Below, in pieces: positions 17,850 through 26,355 of a stretch of 64,000 bases of DNA; position 1 is the first letter of the stretch; each line of letters opens with the position of its first letter. This DNA comes from Candidatus Wildermuthbacteria bacterium. GTDB taxonomy: Bacteria > Patescibacteriota > Minisyncoccia > Minisyncoccales > UBA10102. The stretch is from the NCBI GenBank assembly GCA_016181405.1, contig JACOZJ010000002.1:74608-138607 (forward strand), written 5' to 3'. Position numbers and translations under genes: made by a program. Under the pieces are notes generated by a model. The model searched no databases and was not told the DNA's origin. It worked only from the letters and a program-made list of their open reading frames with translations.

Positions 17850-18707
17850 TTAAACCTCTATTTCAGCTTTCATCTTCTCGAACGTCACCTCTCCAATCCC
17901 GCTTACCAGTTTAATATCCTCAATGCCCTGGAAAGGTCCATGTTCTTCCCGATAGTCAATAATACGTTGGGCAAGCACAGGCCCCACGCCGGTAATCTCC
18001 TGCAATTCTTCATATTCTGCCATATTGATATTTATCTTCCCTTGGCTCGCCGGAGTCTCTGAAGAAGGCGGCTGGGTTGGGCTCGGGCTTAACACAACAA
18101 CATCCCCTACGGTAATCTGATTTTTCATCTTTTCGAAGGTGATGTCTCCAATCCCGCTTACCAGCTTAATATCCTCAATTCTTTGGAAAAGCCCATTGGA
18201 ATTTCGATAATCTATGATACGTTGAGCAAGCACCGGACCAATGCCCGTAATCTCCTGAAGCTCTACACTGCTCGCAGTGTTGATGTTAATCGGGAAAGAA
18301 ACCGAAGGAGAGGGTGAAGGCAAGGGTGTGGGTGGTAACGAAGGTTTGGCTGATTCTTCTGTTTCTGAAACAGCAGGCTCGGGGGTAGGTTTCGGAGACG
18401 ACTTCTGCGGCTGGACTGCTGAAGACGGAGAAGGCCGCAGCCCAGTTGCGCTGGGCTGCGGCTGAAATGCCTGTTCAGAAGATACAATCTGTTTCGGAAA
18501 CTTTTGCTCTTCAGAATCCTCTTCACGTTCTGCTTCTGCCAGTGGTATCTTTTCGCCTGTTTCCACATTCACTCCCGCAAGCAAAGATGAAGATTCGCTT
18601 TCTGCCCATCGGGGATCTTCACCACTCTGATTCACCAAAATAAAAACCCCTCCCGAGGCTATGAGCAATAAACCGAGCAAGATTCCTAGCAGTCTTGCGT
18701 GTTTCAT
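17850..18707 (-). CDS. comEA: ComEA-family DNA-binding competence protein with duplicated helix-hairpin-helix module
   Basis: 285 aa with an N-terminal TM segment and a P/S-rich linker. It carries two copies of ININ..ELQEITG(I/V)GPVLAQRIIDYR...IEDIKLVSGIG..TFEKMK. Confidence 0.9.
   Translation of the reverse strand: MKHARLLGILLGLLLIASGGVFILVNQSGEDPRWAESESSSLLAGVNVETGEKIPLAEAEREEDSEEQKFPKQIVSSEQAFQPQPSATGLRPSPSSAVQPQKSSPKPTPEPAVSETEESAKPSLPPTPLPSPSPSVSFPININTASSVELQEITGIGPVLAQRIIDYRNSNGLFQRIEDIKLVSGIGDITFEKMKNQITVGDVVVLSPSPTQPPSSETPASQGKININMAEYEELQEITGVGPVLAQRIIDYREEHGPFQGIEDIKLVSGIGEVTFEKMKAEIEV
17853..18293 (-). repeat. intragenic tandem duplication (two ~186-nt HhH-module copies)
   Basis: aa 139-200 (nt 18108-18293) match aa 224-285 (nt 17853-18038). 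The similarity is visible at DNA level, for example ttaatatcctcaat...gtaatctcctg in both copies. Confidence 0.85.
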
Positions 18708-18739
18708 AATACATTATTGTATCACGAAAACTGGTACCC

Positions 18740-19480
18740 CTAAAAGCCAGAGAACGTACGCAACGCAAAAGATGGAATCGCGACAAGGCGGCCATCTGGC
18801 TCAAAAGCGCTCAAGCCAACAATGCGCCCCTCAAGGTCAAAAAGAGGACTTCCACCAACGGTACTTTTGTCAAATATATTCGTCCGCAAACTCGTCTCGT
18901 CTTTTGCTCTCACGCTCCCCTGGTTAACAATAGATATTAACTGTCCTACCTCCAAACTTTTTGCTACCAGAACAACCGGCTCTCCAAGCTGCAAAGAATC
19001 ATAATTTGAGAATCCCGCAGTCTGCAGATTTTTGGCCTCAATCTTGATGATCGCCAAATTCTGCCGCAGGTCACGCTTAAGAACCTCCGCCCGAGCAAAC
19101 TCTTCTGCGTTTTTAAGATATACCCGCGTCTCATACCCTTGCGGTACCAGACTCGCCAGTGTGAAGATAAATCCGTCTGAAGTTGCCGCAAAGCCAGACC
19201 CTGTAATCACGCGCCCCGCACTTTTGCTCTCTACTGCTACCACCATGCCTTCGGCTCCGGAGGCAACCCGCTGTGCCGCATCGTCCAGCCGAATCACCAC
19301 TTCCCGCACTTCCCTGACTACTGTCGTTCTTTCTGACCAATCCTGCACAAATTCCCATTGCTGAAACCAAGCATGAGAAGCCAAATAGGGCATCAAAAAG
19401 GCCTGAGCCCATAGGCCGCCCAGAGCGCCCAAAGCAAAAACAACGAGAAGAAGAAACGCTATCAGAATGCGAGCTTTCAT
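18740..19480 (-). CDS. trypsin-fold (S1C/HtrA-like) protein lacking the catalytic triad and PDZ domain; probable pseudoprotease
   Basis: 246 aa with an N-terminal TM segment. GSGFAATSDGFIFTLASLVP replaces the TNxHV motif, and the domain contains no His. NLAIIKI replaces DLAxxKI. TVGGSPL replaces GNSGGPL. Confidence 0.8.
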   Translation of the reverse strand: MKARILIAFLLLVVFALGALGGLWAQAFLMPYLASHAWFQQWEFVQDWSERTTVVREVREVVIRLDDAAQRVASGAEGMVVAVESKSAGRVITGSGFAATSDGFIFTLASLVPQGYETRVYLKNAEEFARAEVLKRDLRQNLAIIKIEAKNLQTAGFSNYDSLQLGEPVVLVAKSLEVGQLISIVNQGSVRAKDETSLRTNIFDKSTVGGSPLFDLEGRIVGLSAFEPDGRLVAIPSFALRTFSGF

Positions 19481-22204
19481 TTATCTGCTTTCTGTCTTGA
19501 CTGCGCGATCTTTTTTCAATCTTGGCATAGCGTATGCCGTTTGGATATCAATTTCCCCCTTTACCACACCAACGATAACTTTACTTTCGCCGCCAACTTC
19601 CCCAGATACTATTTTCAGAGCCAAAGGATCAAGCAATGTTTTTTGAATAACTCTCTTAAGCGGCCTAGCGCCCAAGTTTTGATCAAAACCTCGTTCAGCA
19701 AGCAATTCTTTTGCCTTCGATGTTACCTCAAGCTCAGCGCCTTGAGTAATAAGCCGTTTTGCTACTTTCGCCAGCTCAAGATCCACAATCTTGGCAACCT
19801 CCTCCCTTCCGAGGTAGTCGAAAATAACAATTTCATCTACACGGTTTAAGAACTCTGGCCGAAACTGCTCCCGCAGGGCGACCATTACTTTTTCCCGCGC
19901 CCCTTCCTTGCGATTTTCATCTTTTGCCTGCTCGCCCACGAAACCAAGTGGCCCCATTTCCGCGATAAACTGCGATCCGACGTTCGAAGTCATTATGATA
20001 ATAGCATTCTTGAAAGAAGCAACTCTTCCTTTGGCATCGGTCAAGCGGCCGTCTTCCAAAATCTGAAGAAGCATATGAAATACTTCAGGGTGCGCCTTTT
20101 CGATTTCGTCAAGAAGTACCACGCTGTAAGGCCTTCTGCGAATTTTCTCGGTAAGCTGGCCTCCTTCGTCATAACCCACGTACCCAGGGGGAGAACCCAC
20201 CATGCGGGATACGGAGTGCCGTTCCATATATTCAGACATGTCTAAACGAACCAGGGCGTTCTCGTCGTTGAACAAAAACTCTGCTAAAGCCTTGGCGGTT
20301 TCGGTTTTCCCGACTCCCGTGGGCCCAAGAAACATAAAAGAACCCAGCGGCCGGTTTTCTTCCGCGATGCCAGCTCTACTCCTCCGAATGGCGTTTGAGA
20401 TCGCCCTAATCGCCTCCTCTTGTCCTACGATACGCTTCTTAAGTGCCTCTTCCATTTTCTCCAACTTCCGGGCTTCTTCTTCGATAAGCCGGGTAACGGG
20501 AATACCAGTCCACCTGGAAACCACACGCGCCACATCTTCTTCTCCTACTTCTTCTTTCAGAATAGGATGAGATTTTTGATAACGCGAAAGCTTGCGCTCT
20601 TCTGCCCGGAGTTTCTTTAACAAATCGGGGAGCTGCCCATACTTAAGCTCTGCCACGCGCTGCAAATTTCCAGAACTCTGTTCACGCTCAATCTCAAAAC
20701 GGGTCTCGTCCACGGACTTTTTAAGTTCCTTAATGCTGTTGATTACTTCCTTCTCGGCAAGCCATTTCGTCTCAATCGTCTTTGCTTTTTCCTTCAAATC
20801 GGCGAGCGAGCGATTCAGCACCTTCAACTGCTTCTCTTTGTCTTTCTCATTTTTGACAGCTTCTTTTTCGATCTCAAGCTTCTGGATGTCACGCTTCAAA
20901 GCCTCAAGAGCATCGGGTTCTGACTCCATGTCCAACCGCAGAGAACTCATTGCTTCATCAATAAGATCCACCGCCTTATCAGGCAAGAAACGATCTGAAA
21001 CATAACGGGCGGCCAGATTCGCGGCTGCTGCCAGAGCAGAATCCTTAATCTTCACTCCGTGATGAAGCTCGTATTTTTCCTTAATTCCCCGCAAAATAAG
21101 AATCGTATCTTCGATGCTGGGCTCTGCCACGTAGATTGGCTGGAATCTGCGCTCCAAGGCCGGATCTTTCTCAATATACTTCTGGTATTCCTTGAGGGTT
21201 GTAGCGCCAATCGCGCGCAGTTCTCCCCTTGCTAAGGCTGGCTTCAACAAATTCGACGCGTCTATAGCACCCTCGGCTGCGCCAGCCCCTACTAACGTGT
21301 GCAGTTCATCAATAAACAAAAGGTATTTGCCGCCAGCGCGATGCAGTTCCTTGAGCAGTGCCTTGATGCGATCTTCAAACTCGCCGCGGTATTTTGTGCC
21401 CGCAACCAACCCTCCCAAATCCAAAGCGATCATCTCCTTATCTTTCAAACTCTCTGGTACATCGCCCTTCACTATTTTTTGCGCCAATCCTTCTACAACC
21501 GCCGTTTTCCCCACTCCGGCTTCTCCAATAAGTACCGGATTGTTCTTGGTGCGGCGGGAAATTACCTGCATTAAACGTCGGATTTCGTTTTCTCGCCCAA
21601 TCACGGGATCAAGCTTGCCTTGCTGGGCCAAACGCGTTAAATTGCGCGCGTACTTTTCCACCACCTGATACTTTGATTCAGGAGAAGGGTCGGTAATTCT
21701 TGTACCTCCCCGGATCTGCGCCAAAATTTTTAGGGCCGTTTCGTAATCCAATCTGCCGAACTCAAGCGTAGGAATTGTTCCTTCGCCGCCCGGCAAAATC
21801 GCGGTCCGTTCCAAAATCTCTTTTGCTTTGGAATCAGTATCCAAAAGCGCAAGAAAAAGGTGTTCTACGGAAATGTATTCGTCCCCCATTTTTCCGGACT
21901 CCTGCCGTGCCCGCTCCAATACTTTGCCTAAGTCTTGTGTAAGGTAAAATTGGCCGAAGGGAGTCGGCGCCGCAGATATAGGAAGGCGATCAAGAGCGAT
22001 TTGCGCCTTGCGTTTCAAGCCGTCAACATCCGCTCCGATTTTTTGGAGCAAGGTTAAAATCACACTCTCCTCTTGAGTGATAAGCGCAAAGAGCAGATGA
22101 AGAGCGTCAACCTGCTGCTGACCGCGTTCTTGCGCCACATTCTGCGCCTGCAGAATCGCCTCTTGTGCTTTATGAGTAAAATTACCCGGATTGTTTGTCA
22201 TCAT
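19481..22204 (-). CDS. clpB: ATP-dependent chaperone ClpB
   Basis: Two AAA+ modules ([16 protein letters not shown]), a long middle coiled coil and a Clp_N domain. The ORF-track start is 22240. M13 at 22204 ([18 protein letters not shown]) fits the ClpB N-terminus better. Confidence 0.95.
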   Translation of the reverse strand: MMTNNPGNFTHKAQEAILQAQNVAQERGQQQVDALHLLFALITQEESVILTLLQKIGADVDGLKRKAQIALDRLPISAAPTPFGQFYLTQDLGKVLERARQESGKMGDEYISVEHLFLALLDTDSKAKEILERTAILPGGEGTIPTLEFGRLDYETALKILAQIRGGTRITDPSPESKYQVVEKYARNLTRLAQQGKLDPVIGRENEIRRLMQVISRRTKNNPVLIGEAGVGKTAVVEGLAQKIVKGDVPESLKDKEMIALDLGGLVAGTKYRGEFEDRIKALLKELHRAGGKYLLFIDELHTLVGAGAAEGAIDASNLLKPALARGELRAIGATTLKEYQKYIEKDPALERRFQPIYVAEPSIEDTILILRGIKEKYELHHGVKIKDSALAAAANLAARYVSDRFLPDKAVDLIDEAMSSLRLDMESEPDALEALKRDIQKLEIEKEAVKNEKDKEKQLKVLNRSLADLKEKAKTIETKWLAEKEVINSIKELKKSVDETRFEIEREQSSGNLQRVAELKYGQLPDLLKKLRAEERKLSRYQKSHPILKEEVGEEDVARVVSRWTGIPVTRLIEEEARKLEKMEEALKKRIVGQEEAIRAISNAIRRSRAGIAEENRPLGSFMFLGPTGVGKTETAKALAEFLFNDENALVRLDMSEYMERHSVSRMVGSPPGYVGYDEGGQLTEKIRRRPYSVVLLDEIEKAHPEVFHMLLQILEDGRLTDAKGRVASFKNAIIIMTSNVGSQFIAEMGPLGFVGEQAKDENRKEGAREKVMVALREQFRPEFLNRVDEIVIFDYLGREEVAKIVDLELAKVAKRLITQGAELEVTSKAKELLAERGFDQNLGARPLKRVIQKTLLDPLALKIVSGEVGGESKVIVGVVKGEIDIQTAYAMPRLKKDRAVKTESR

Positions 22205-22260
22205 AAATATATCAAACCACAAGTTATGGGTTTTTGTCAAATACTTTTGCGCCGAACACG

Positions 22261-23460
22261 TTATTCTTCGCGTTCTCCAAGTACGACGGTCAGGACGAGT
22301 TCCTGATCGTTACGTAAAACCTTCAGCGTTACGGTATCTCCCGGACTATACGCCGGCCGGGAAGAAACTTCGTTGTACTGCTGCAAAATTTTAGCAAGAG
22401 AATTCTGCGGCGTAATCTTTTTAGCGTCAAACTCCAAAATAATATCATCTGTCTTCAAGCCGGCTTTCGCTGCTGCGAATCCATCAGGCACAGTCCTCAC
22501 CAAAGCGCCGTAGTCCACCTGCAGGTTTTCTTCCTTCTGGACCTGGTCCGTTACTAGCACATACTCAACCCCCAAGAATGGATAAACGATTTTCCCGAGT
22601 TGCTGAACCTGGTACAGCCCTCTCTTTGCTCTGTCTGAAGGTATGGCAAAACCAATACTCTGGGCCTGTAGAACAGTCGCAGTATTTACCCCGACTACCT
22701 CGCCCGCTAAATTCAGGAGCGGCCCGCCCGAGTTTCCCCTATTGATGGCAGCGTCCGTCTGCACAACGTCCTCGATGGTTTCCACAAATCCTCCATCGTC
22801 TGAAGCAGTAATGGTGCGGCCAAGCCCGGAGATGACGCCCACCGAAACTGTGTTGCGAAATTCACCCAATGCGTTTCCGATTGTAATCACGGTCTGCCCG
22901 ATTTTCAAATCGTCTGAACTCCCGAGTTTCGCAAAAGGAAAGGGTGAGGATCTTTCAATCTTGAGCACTGCCAAATCCTGCACTGGATCCCTTGCCAACA
23001 CCCTTGCGGCATAAGACTTTCCATCGTTGGTATACACGGTATAGTCAACATCGTCGCGCGCAACCACGTGTTTATTGGTAATAATTAAGCCGTCTGCTGA
23101 CACTAAAAATCCAGAACCTCCTCCAATCTCCCGCCGTTCTGTCCCTCTCTGCTCAAGTTCAGGAACACGAAATGGCGATGGCTCACCGAAAAAATCTTCG
23201 AAGGGATCACGCAGCACCTGCTCAAATACCGGCTCATCCTTTGTGAGGATAACGCTCACCACTGCGGGAGAAACTTCGCTTACCACATCGATAACGCGCT
23301 CTCCTTGTTCCGCCCAAACCTGTTGGCTTGTAGGAAAATCCTCTCTCAACGCAGCCAAATCCTGGTTGACTTTCCAATATACTGCTCCCCCCGCCGCCCC
23401 AGCAGCGAAAATACTCAAAATAGAAGAAAGCGCAAGAATACGAATAGTTGAAGATGTCAT
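22261..23460 (-). CDS. htrA: HtrA/DegP-family serine protease with PDZ domain
   Basis: 399 aa with an intact triad context: [23 protein letters not shown]. The C-terminal domain is PDZ-like. Confidence 0.92.
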   Translation of the reverse strand: MTSSTIRILALSSILSIFAAGAAGGAVYWKVNQDLAALREDFPTSQQVWAEQGERVIDVVSEVSPAVVSVILTKDEPVFEQVLRDPFEDFFGEPSPFRVPELEQRGTERREIGGGSGFLVSADGLIITNKHVVARDDVDYTVYTNDGKSYAARVLARDPVQDLAVLKIERSSPFPFAKLGSSDDLKIGQTVITIGNALGEFRNTVSVGVISGLGRTITASDDGGFVETIEDVVQTDAAINRGNSGGPLLNLAGEVVGVNTATVLQAQSIGFAIPSDRAKRGLYQVQQLGKIVYPFLGVEYVLVTDQVQKEENLQVDYGALVRTVPDGFAAAKAGLKTDDIILEFDAKKITPQNSLAKILQQYNEVSSRPAYSPGDTVTLKVLRNDQELVLTVVLGEREE

Positions 23461-23471
23461 AGTAAACTATA

Positions 23472-24689
23472 TTATACTACAGCTTTTCGAAGTTGGGCAA
23501 CTGTCTGCGCGATCACCCTTACGGCTTTTTCAATATCTTCCGCCTTGGTATACTTGCCAAGCGTAAGGCGCAATGCAGAAAGCGATTCTTTCTCCTCTAG
23601 TCCGAGTGCCACAAGCACGTGCGAAGGCTCCTGCGTTTTTTCAGAACAAGCAGAACCTGTAGATGCGGCAATACCCTTTTGATCAAGCGCTATTACTACA
23701 TCGCGGCCCTCCACTCCGCGAAATCTGAAATGTACGTTATTGGGAAGCCGATTTTGCGCAGAACCCGTAAGCTCACAATCCGGAACTTTTCGCAACACTG
23801 TCTTGATCAGTTTGTCGCGCAGCTGACGGATTTTGATATTGGTAATCGCCATGCGGGGATCCCCCAGCGCTTCTAAAGCTTGACCCATACCCACTATGGC
23901 TGCCACGTTTTCTGTGCCGGAGCGCAATCCCGTTTCCTGGCCACCTCCTTGGACTACAGGAGCCACACGAACCCCCTCTCTTACATATAATACACCTACG
24001 CCCTTGGGCCCATAGATTTTGTGGCCGCTCAAGGTAAGCAAATCAACTCCGAGTTTCTGAACATCGCAATCCAGAAAATTAGCCGCCTGCACGGCATCCG
24101 TATGAACAAGCGGCAGAGCCGCTTGTAATTTCGAATTTCGAATTTCGAATTTCGAACTTTTGAAACTGCGAATTGCTTTCGCAATTTCTGCTATTGGTTG
24201 TATAGTTCCGATTTCGCTATTCGCGTACATTATCGAAACCAGCACAGTGTTTGGCTGAATCGCCTTCTCGACATCCTCCGCCCGGACAATTCCGTCTTTC
24301 TGCGGCTTTACGTATGTAACTTCCGCAATCCCCTCGCGCTCCAGCGTCCGGCACGGCTCCAGCACCGACTCATGCTCTATGGCGGTCATAACTATGTGTG
24401 GTTTAGAATTTTGTCCGCCAGCTGGCGGATTGGATTTTATTACGCCTTGAATCGCGAGATTGTTTGCCTCCGTTGCTCCTCCGGTAAACACCACTTCTGC
24501 CGCCTTGCAACCCAAAAACCCGGTCGCCCGCTCTCTGGCTTGTTCAATTGCTGCCCGTGCTTTCTGCCCAAAGCTATGCGCGGAAGACGGATTGCCATAA
24601 TATCGCTTTAAATACGGCATCATAGCTTCCAACACCTTTTTATCTATAGGTGTGGAAGCGGCGTAGTCTAAATAAATCGCTTTCGTCAT
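23472..24689 (-). CDS. nifS: cysteine desulfurase (NifS/IscS class)
   Basis: 405 aa. Motifs YLDYAASTP, HTDAVQA, SGHKIYGPKGVG (PLP Lys) and SSGSACS-like STGSACS. Confidence 0.92.
   Translation of the reverse strand: MTKAIYLDYAASTPIDKKVLEAMMPYLKRYYGNPSSAHSFGQKARAAIEQARERATGFLGCKAAEVVFTGGATEANNLAIQGVIKSNPPAGGQNSKPHIVMTAIEHESVLEPCRTLEREGIAEVTYVKPQKDGIVRAEDVEKAIQPNTVLVSIMYANSEIGTIQPIAEIAKAIRSFKSSKFEIRNSKLQAALPLVHTDAVQAANFLDCDVQKLGVDLLTLSGHKIYGPKGVGVLYVREGVRVAPVVQGGGQETGLRSGTENVAAIVGMGQALEALGDPRMAITNIKIRQLRDKLIKTVLRKVPDCELTGSAQNRLPNNVHFRFRGVEGRDVVIALDQKGIAASTGSACSEKTQEPSHVLVALGLEEKESLSALRLTLGKYTKAEDIEKAVRVIAQTVAQLRKAVV
24127..24154. repeat. heptanucleotide microsatellite (AATTTCG x4) inside nifS
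   Basis: Four perfect 7-nt units at 24127-24154. They encode part of SSKFEIRNSKL, in a loop that looks longer than in NifS sequences I recall. Confidence 0.9.
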
Positions 24690-24777
24690 ACTCTTGTTCT
24701 ACCAAAAAATTTCCAGCACATAAAGGTGTATTGTCATGAAGAGTTACATAGATGAAGACTACGCTTTCTCGCCCCCC

Positions 24778-24806
24778 TTGACTCATAGCCCCTAGATGCT
24801 TAGAAT
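24778..24806 (+). promoter_or_regulatory. sigma70-type promoter for the small ORF
   Basis: TTGACT (24778-24783), 17-nt spacer, TAGAAT (24801-24806). Confidence 0.7.
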
Positions 24807-24850
24807 TTTATATGGTAAGGCTTGTTTAGCGGACAAGAAGGGAGGGAAGG

Positions 24851-24982
24851 ATGATCTGCGCCTTGTGCAAGAAGCACATCAAATGGGGGCAGCAGAAGAA
24901 AACGCTGCCCGACAAAACGACCGTACATACAGAATGTCTCTTCCCGCCCCGGGGCGCCCTCAAAGAGTGCTGCCCAGAGTAG
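24851..24982 (+). CDS. unannotated 43-aa Cys/His-rich small protein (CxxC...HxxC, zinc-ribbon-like)
   Basis: Hand-translated as MICALCKKHIKWGQQKKTLPDKTTVHTECLFPPRGALKECCPE*. A GGAGGGAAGG SD ends immediately before the ATG. It has its own promoter upstream and terminator downstream. It is below the 60-aa track cutoff. Confidence 0.6.
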   Translation: MICALCKKHIKWGQQKKTLPDKTTVHTECLFPPRGALKECCPE

Positions 24983-24988
24983 CAGGTC

Positions 24989-25036
24989 AAACGCGGAAAA
25001 AGGAGTTAGTCCTCTCCTCTCCCGCGTTTCTTTTTT
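24989..25036 (+). terminator. Rho-independent terminator of the small-ORF transcript
   Basis: AAACGCGG (24989-24996) pairs with CCGCGTTT (25022-25029). An inner AGGAG/CTCCT stem is present, followed by CTTTTTT. Confidence 0.65.
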
Positions 25037-25344
25037 AATATACTTTGGAAGCGCAGCAAAAACAAAACCGCCGCAATGGCGATTATAAAAATGGAAGAGG
25101 GACGCCATATAGGTGTCCCTTGAAGTGCTATGTGGGGAGGAGGCCCCTGGTTCCCGCGGGCGGGGGAGGTATTGCCGGTCATCGCACCAGCACGCCGCCG
25201 GGGAGGGAGGGGTGATTGAGACGAAGGGGCCTCCTCCCCAAAACCTACATACGTATATATAAGCTCATGGGGAAGATACCTTTCCACTTCAATACCCTTT
25301 CCTCTGTAACCATACTCCGCCTCTATGTATTTTGTCAATGTCAA
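25006..25344 (-). CDS. hypothetical small protein with Pro-rich linker and C-terminal TM helix plus basic tail (uncertain; may be non-coding)
   Basis: The 112-aa ORF starts with TTG and has no SD. An alternative 58-aa ORF starts at ATG 25182 (MTGNTSP...IFIIAIAAVLFLLRFQSILKKKRGRGED). The ORF runs through a 15-bp inverted repeat and into the convergent terminator. Confidence 0.3.
   Translation of the reverse strand: MTLTKYIEAEYGYRGKGIEVERYLPHELIYTYVGFGEEAPSSQSPLPPRRRAGAMTGNTSPARGNQGPPPHIALQGTPIWRPSSIFIIAIAAVLFLLRFQSILKKKRGRGED
25133..25240. repeat. 15-bp perfect inverted repeat flanking a 78-nt GC-rich core (candidate structured RNA)
   Basis: TGGGGAGGAGGCCCC (25133-25147) and GGGGCCTCCTCCCCA (25226-25240) are exact reverse complements. 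The core contains the CCCGCGGG palindrome. Confidence 0.85.
25309..25344 (-). promoter_or_regulatory. candidate promoter with tandem TTGACA boxes
   Basis: On the minus strand: TTGACATTGACA (25344..25333), 18-nt spacer, TATGGT (25314..25309). It sits just after the stop of the glycoside hydrolase gene. Confidence 0.35.
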
Positions 25345-25356
25345 TCGTTGCCTGCA

Positions 25357-26355
25357 TCATTCTCTCAGTAGCGCTCGAGCCTCTTCCCAAAATGTGGGGT
25401 CGGAGGCTTTTTCCTTGCGCCAAAACCACCACTCTGATCCCCAGAGATAGAATTCTTTGAGGCCGGTGCGCTTTGCGTACGCGATGTTTTTGCGGAACTG
25501 CGCAAGATTGAACGCCCTATCTTGTTCTTCCAGCGAGGTGTCGTACAAAAGTTTGCCCGGCCCCCATGGTTCTGCCTGCAACTCGCCCACCATAACTTCT
25601 TTGCCAAAAAGCCCTCGTACATACGCTGCTTTTCTCGCGTAAAATACCGGCGGCAAAGGATACTCCACATACCTGCTGATTTCGTGGAACCATACTTTCC
25701 GGTACATTGTGGTACTTACTTTATCCCCTATTCTGCCTGCCTGAATCCAAAACGACAGCTCGCCACTGTCTGAGATCACTACAGGATGATTAGGGTCCAG
25801 CGCCTTCACGAGGGCCACTTCTTTTTTCAAAAACCGCAGGTCACGCCATGGGCAGTCGCCAAAAGGAAACAAAGGCTCGTTTTCCACCTGCCACGCGTAG
25901 AGAGCGGGTGAATCTTTGTAGCGCTGCACCACTGCCTCCAACAGTTTCAAAACTTCTTCTTGCTGTTCACGTTTAAGCAATCCTTGCGCCCACTCTGGTA
26001 TGTGGCACTCGGGCCAGCGCATCGTTTTCATGCCCACAACTAACAAAAGCTGGGCATTTCTCTTTTCAGATTCCGCGACCTGCCAGTCCGCATCTGCAAA
26101 AGAGAATTCTCCCTTTTCTGGCGCAAGCTCATCCCAATCAAGAGAAACTTTTAGGCGCTTCACTCCCAAATCATCCAAAAGCGCAGAATATGTTGCCCGC
26201 CAATCCAAACCCAAAGCCACAGCGTGCTTCTTTGAAAAATTTGCGCCCCACGTGATTTCTTTCGCCTGAGGAACTGAACCAGCGAAAAGATAGACCGAAA
26301 ATATCCCTAGCGCAGCTGCCACACCAAACAAAAGAAAACGGAAAACTTTTTTCAT
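25357..26355 (-). CDS. secreted/anchored glycoside hydrolase, clan GH-A (GH5/GH42-like TIM barrel)
   Basis: 332 aa with an N-terminal signal anchor. WQVENEP is the acid/base NEP motif. The sequence periodicity is TIM-barrel-like. Confidence 0.75.
   Translation of the reverse strand: MKKVFRFLLFGVAAALGIFSVYLFAGSVPQAKEITWGANFSKKHAVALGLDWRATYSALLDDLGVKRLKVSLDWDELAPEKGEFSFADADWQVAESEKRNAQLLLVVGMKTMRWPECHIPEWAQGLLKREQQEEVLKLLEAVVQRYKDSPALYAWQVENEPLFPFGDCPWRDLRFLKKEVALVKALDPNHPVVISDSGELSFWIQAGRIGDKVSTTMYRKVWFHEISRYVEYPLPPVFYARKAAYVRGLFGKEVMVGELQAEPWGPGKLLYDTSLEEQDRAFNLAQFRKNIAYAKRTGLKEFYLWGSEWWFWRKEKASDPTFWEEARALLRE

Noticed and set aside
20202-21668. Several 120-160-aa plus-strand ORFs inside clpB
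   Set aside because: They are antisense shadows of a highly conserved gene. All are S/R/A/F-rich low-complexity sequences.
24796-25108. ORF-track candidates 24796..25038 (+, 80 aa) and 24800..25108 (-, 102 aa)
   Set aside because: The plus-strand ORF starts inside the -10 region of the promoter and is in a different frame from the SD-preceded ATG at 24851. The minus-strand ORF is antisense to that sORF and crosses the terminator. Neither has start signals.
25100-25260. Known ncRNA (SRP/4.5S RNA, 6S, tmRNA, RNase P) as the explanation for the long inverted repeat
   Set aside because: The SRP domain IV hallmark (GGAA/GNAR tetraloop with flanking AGCA and CAGG) and the other family signatures I can recall are absent. 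It remains an unclassified candidate, reported under findings.
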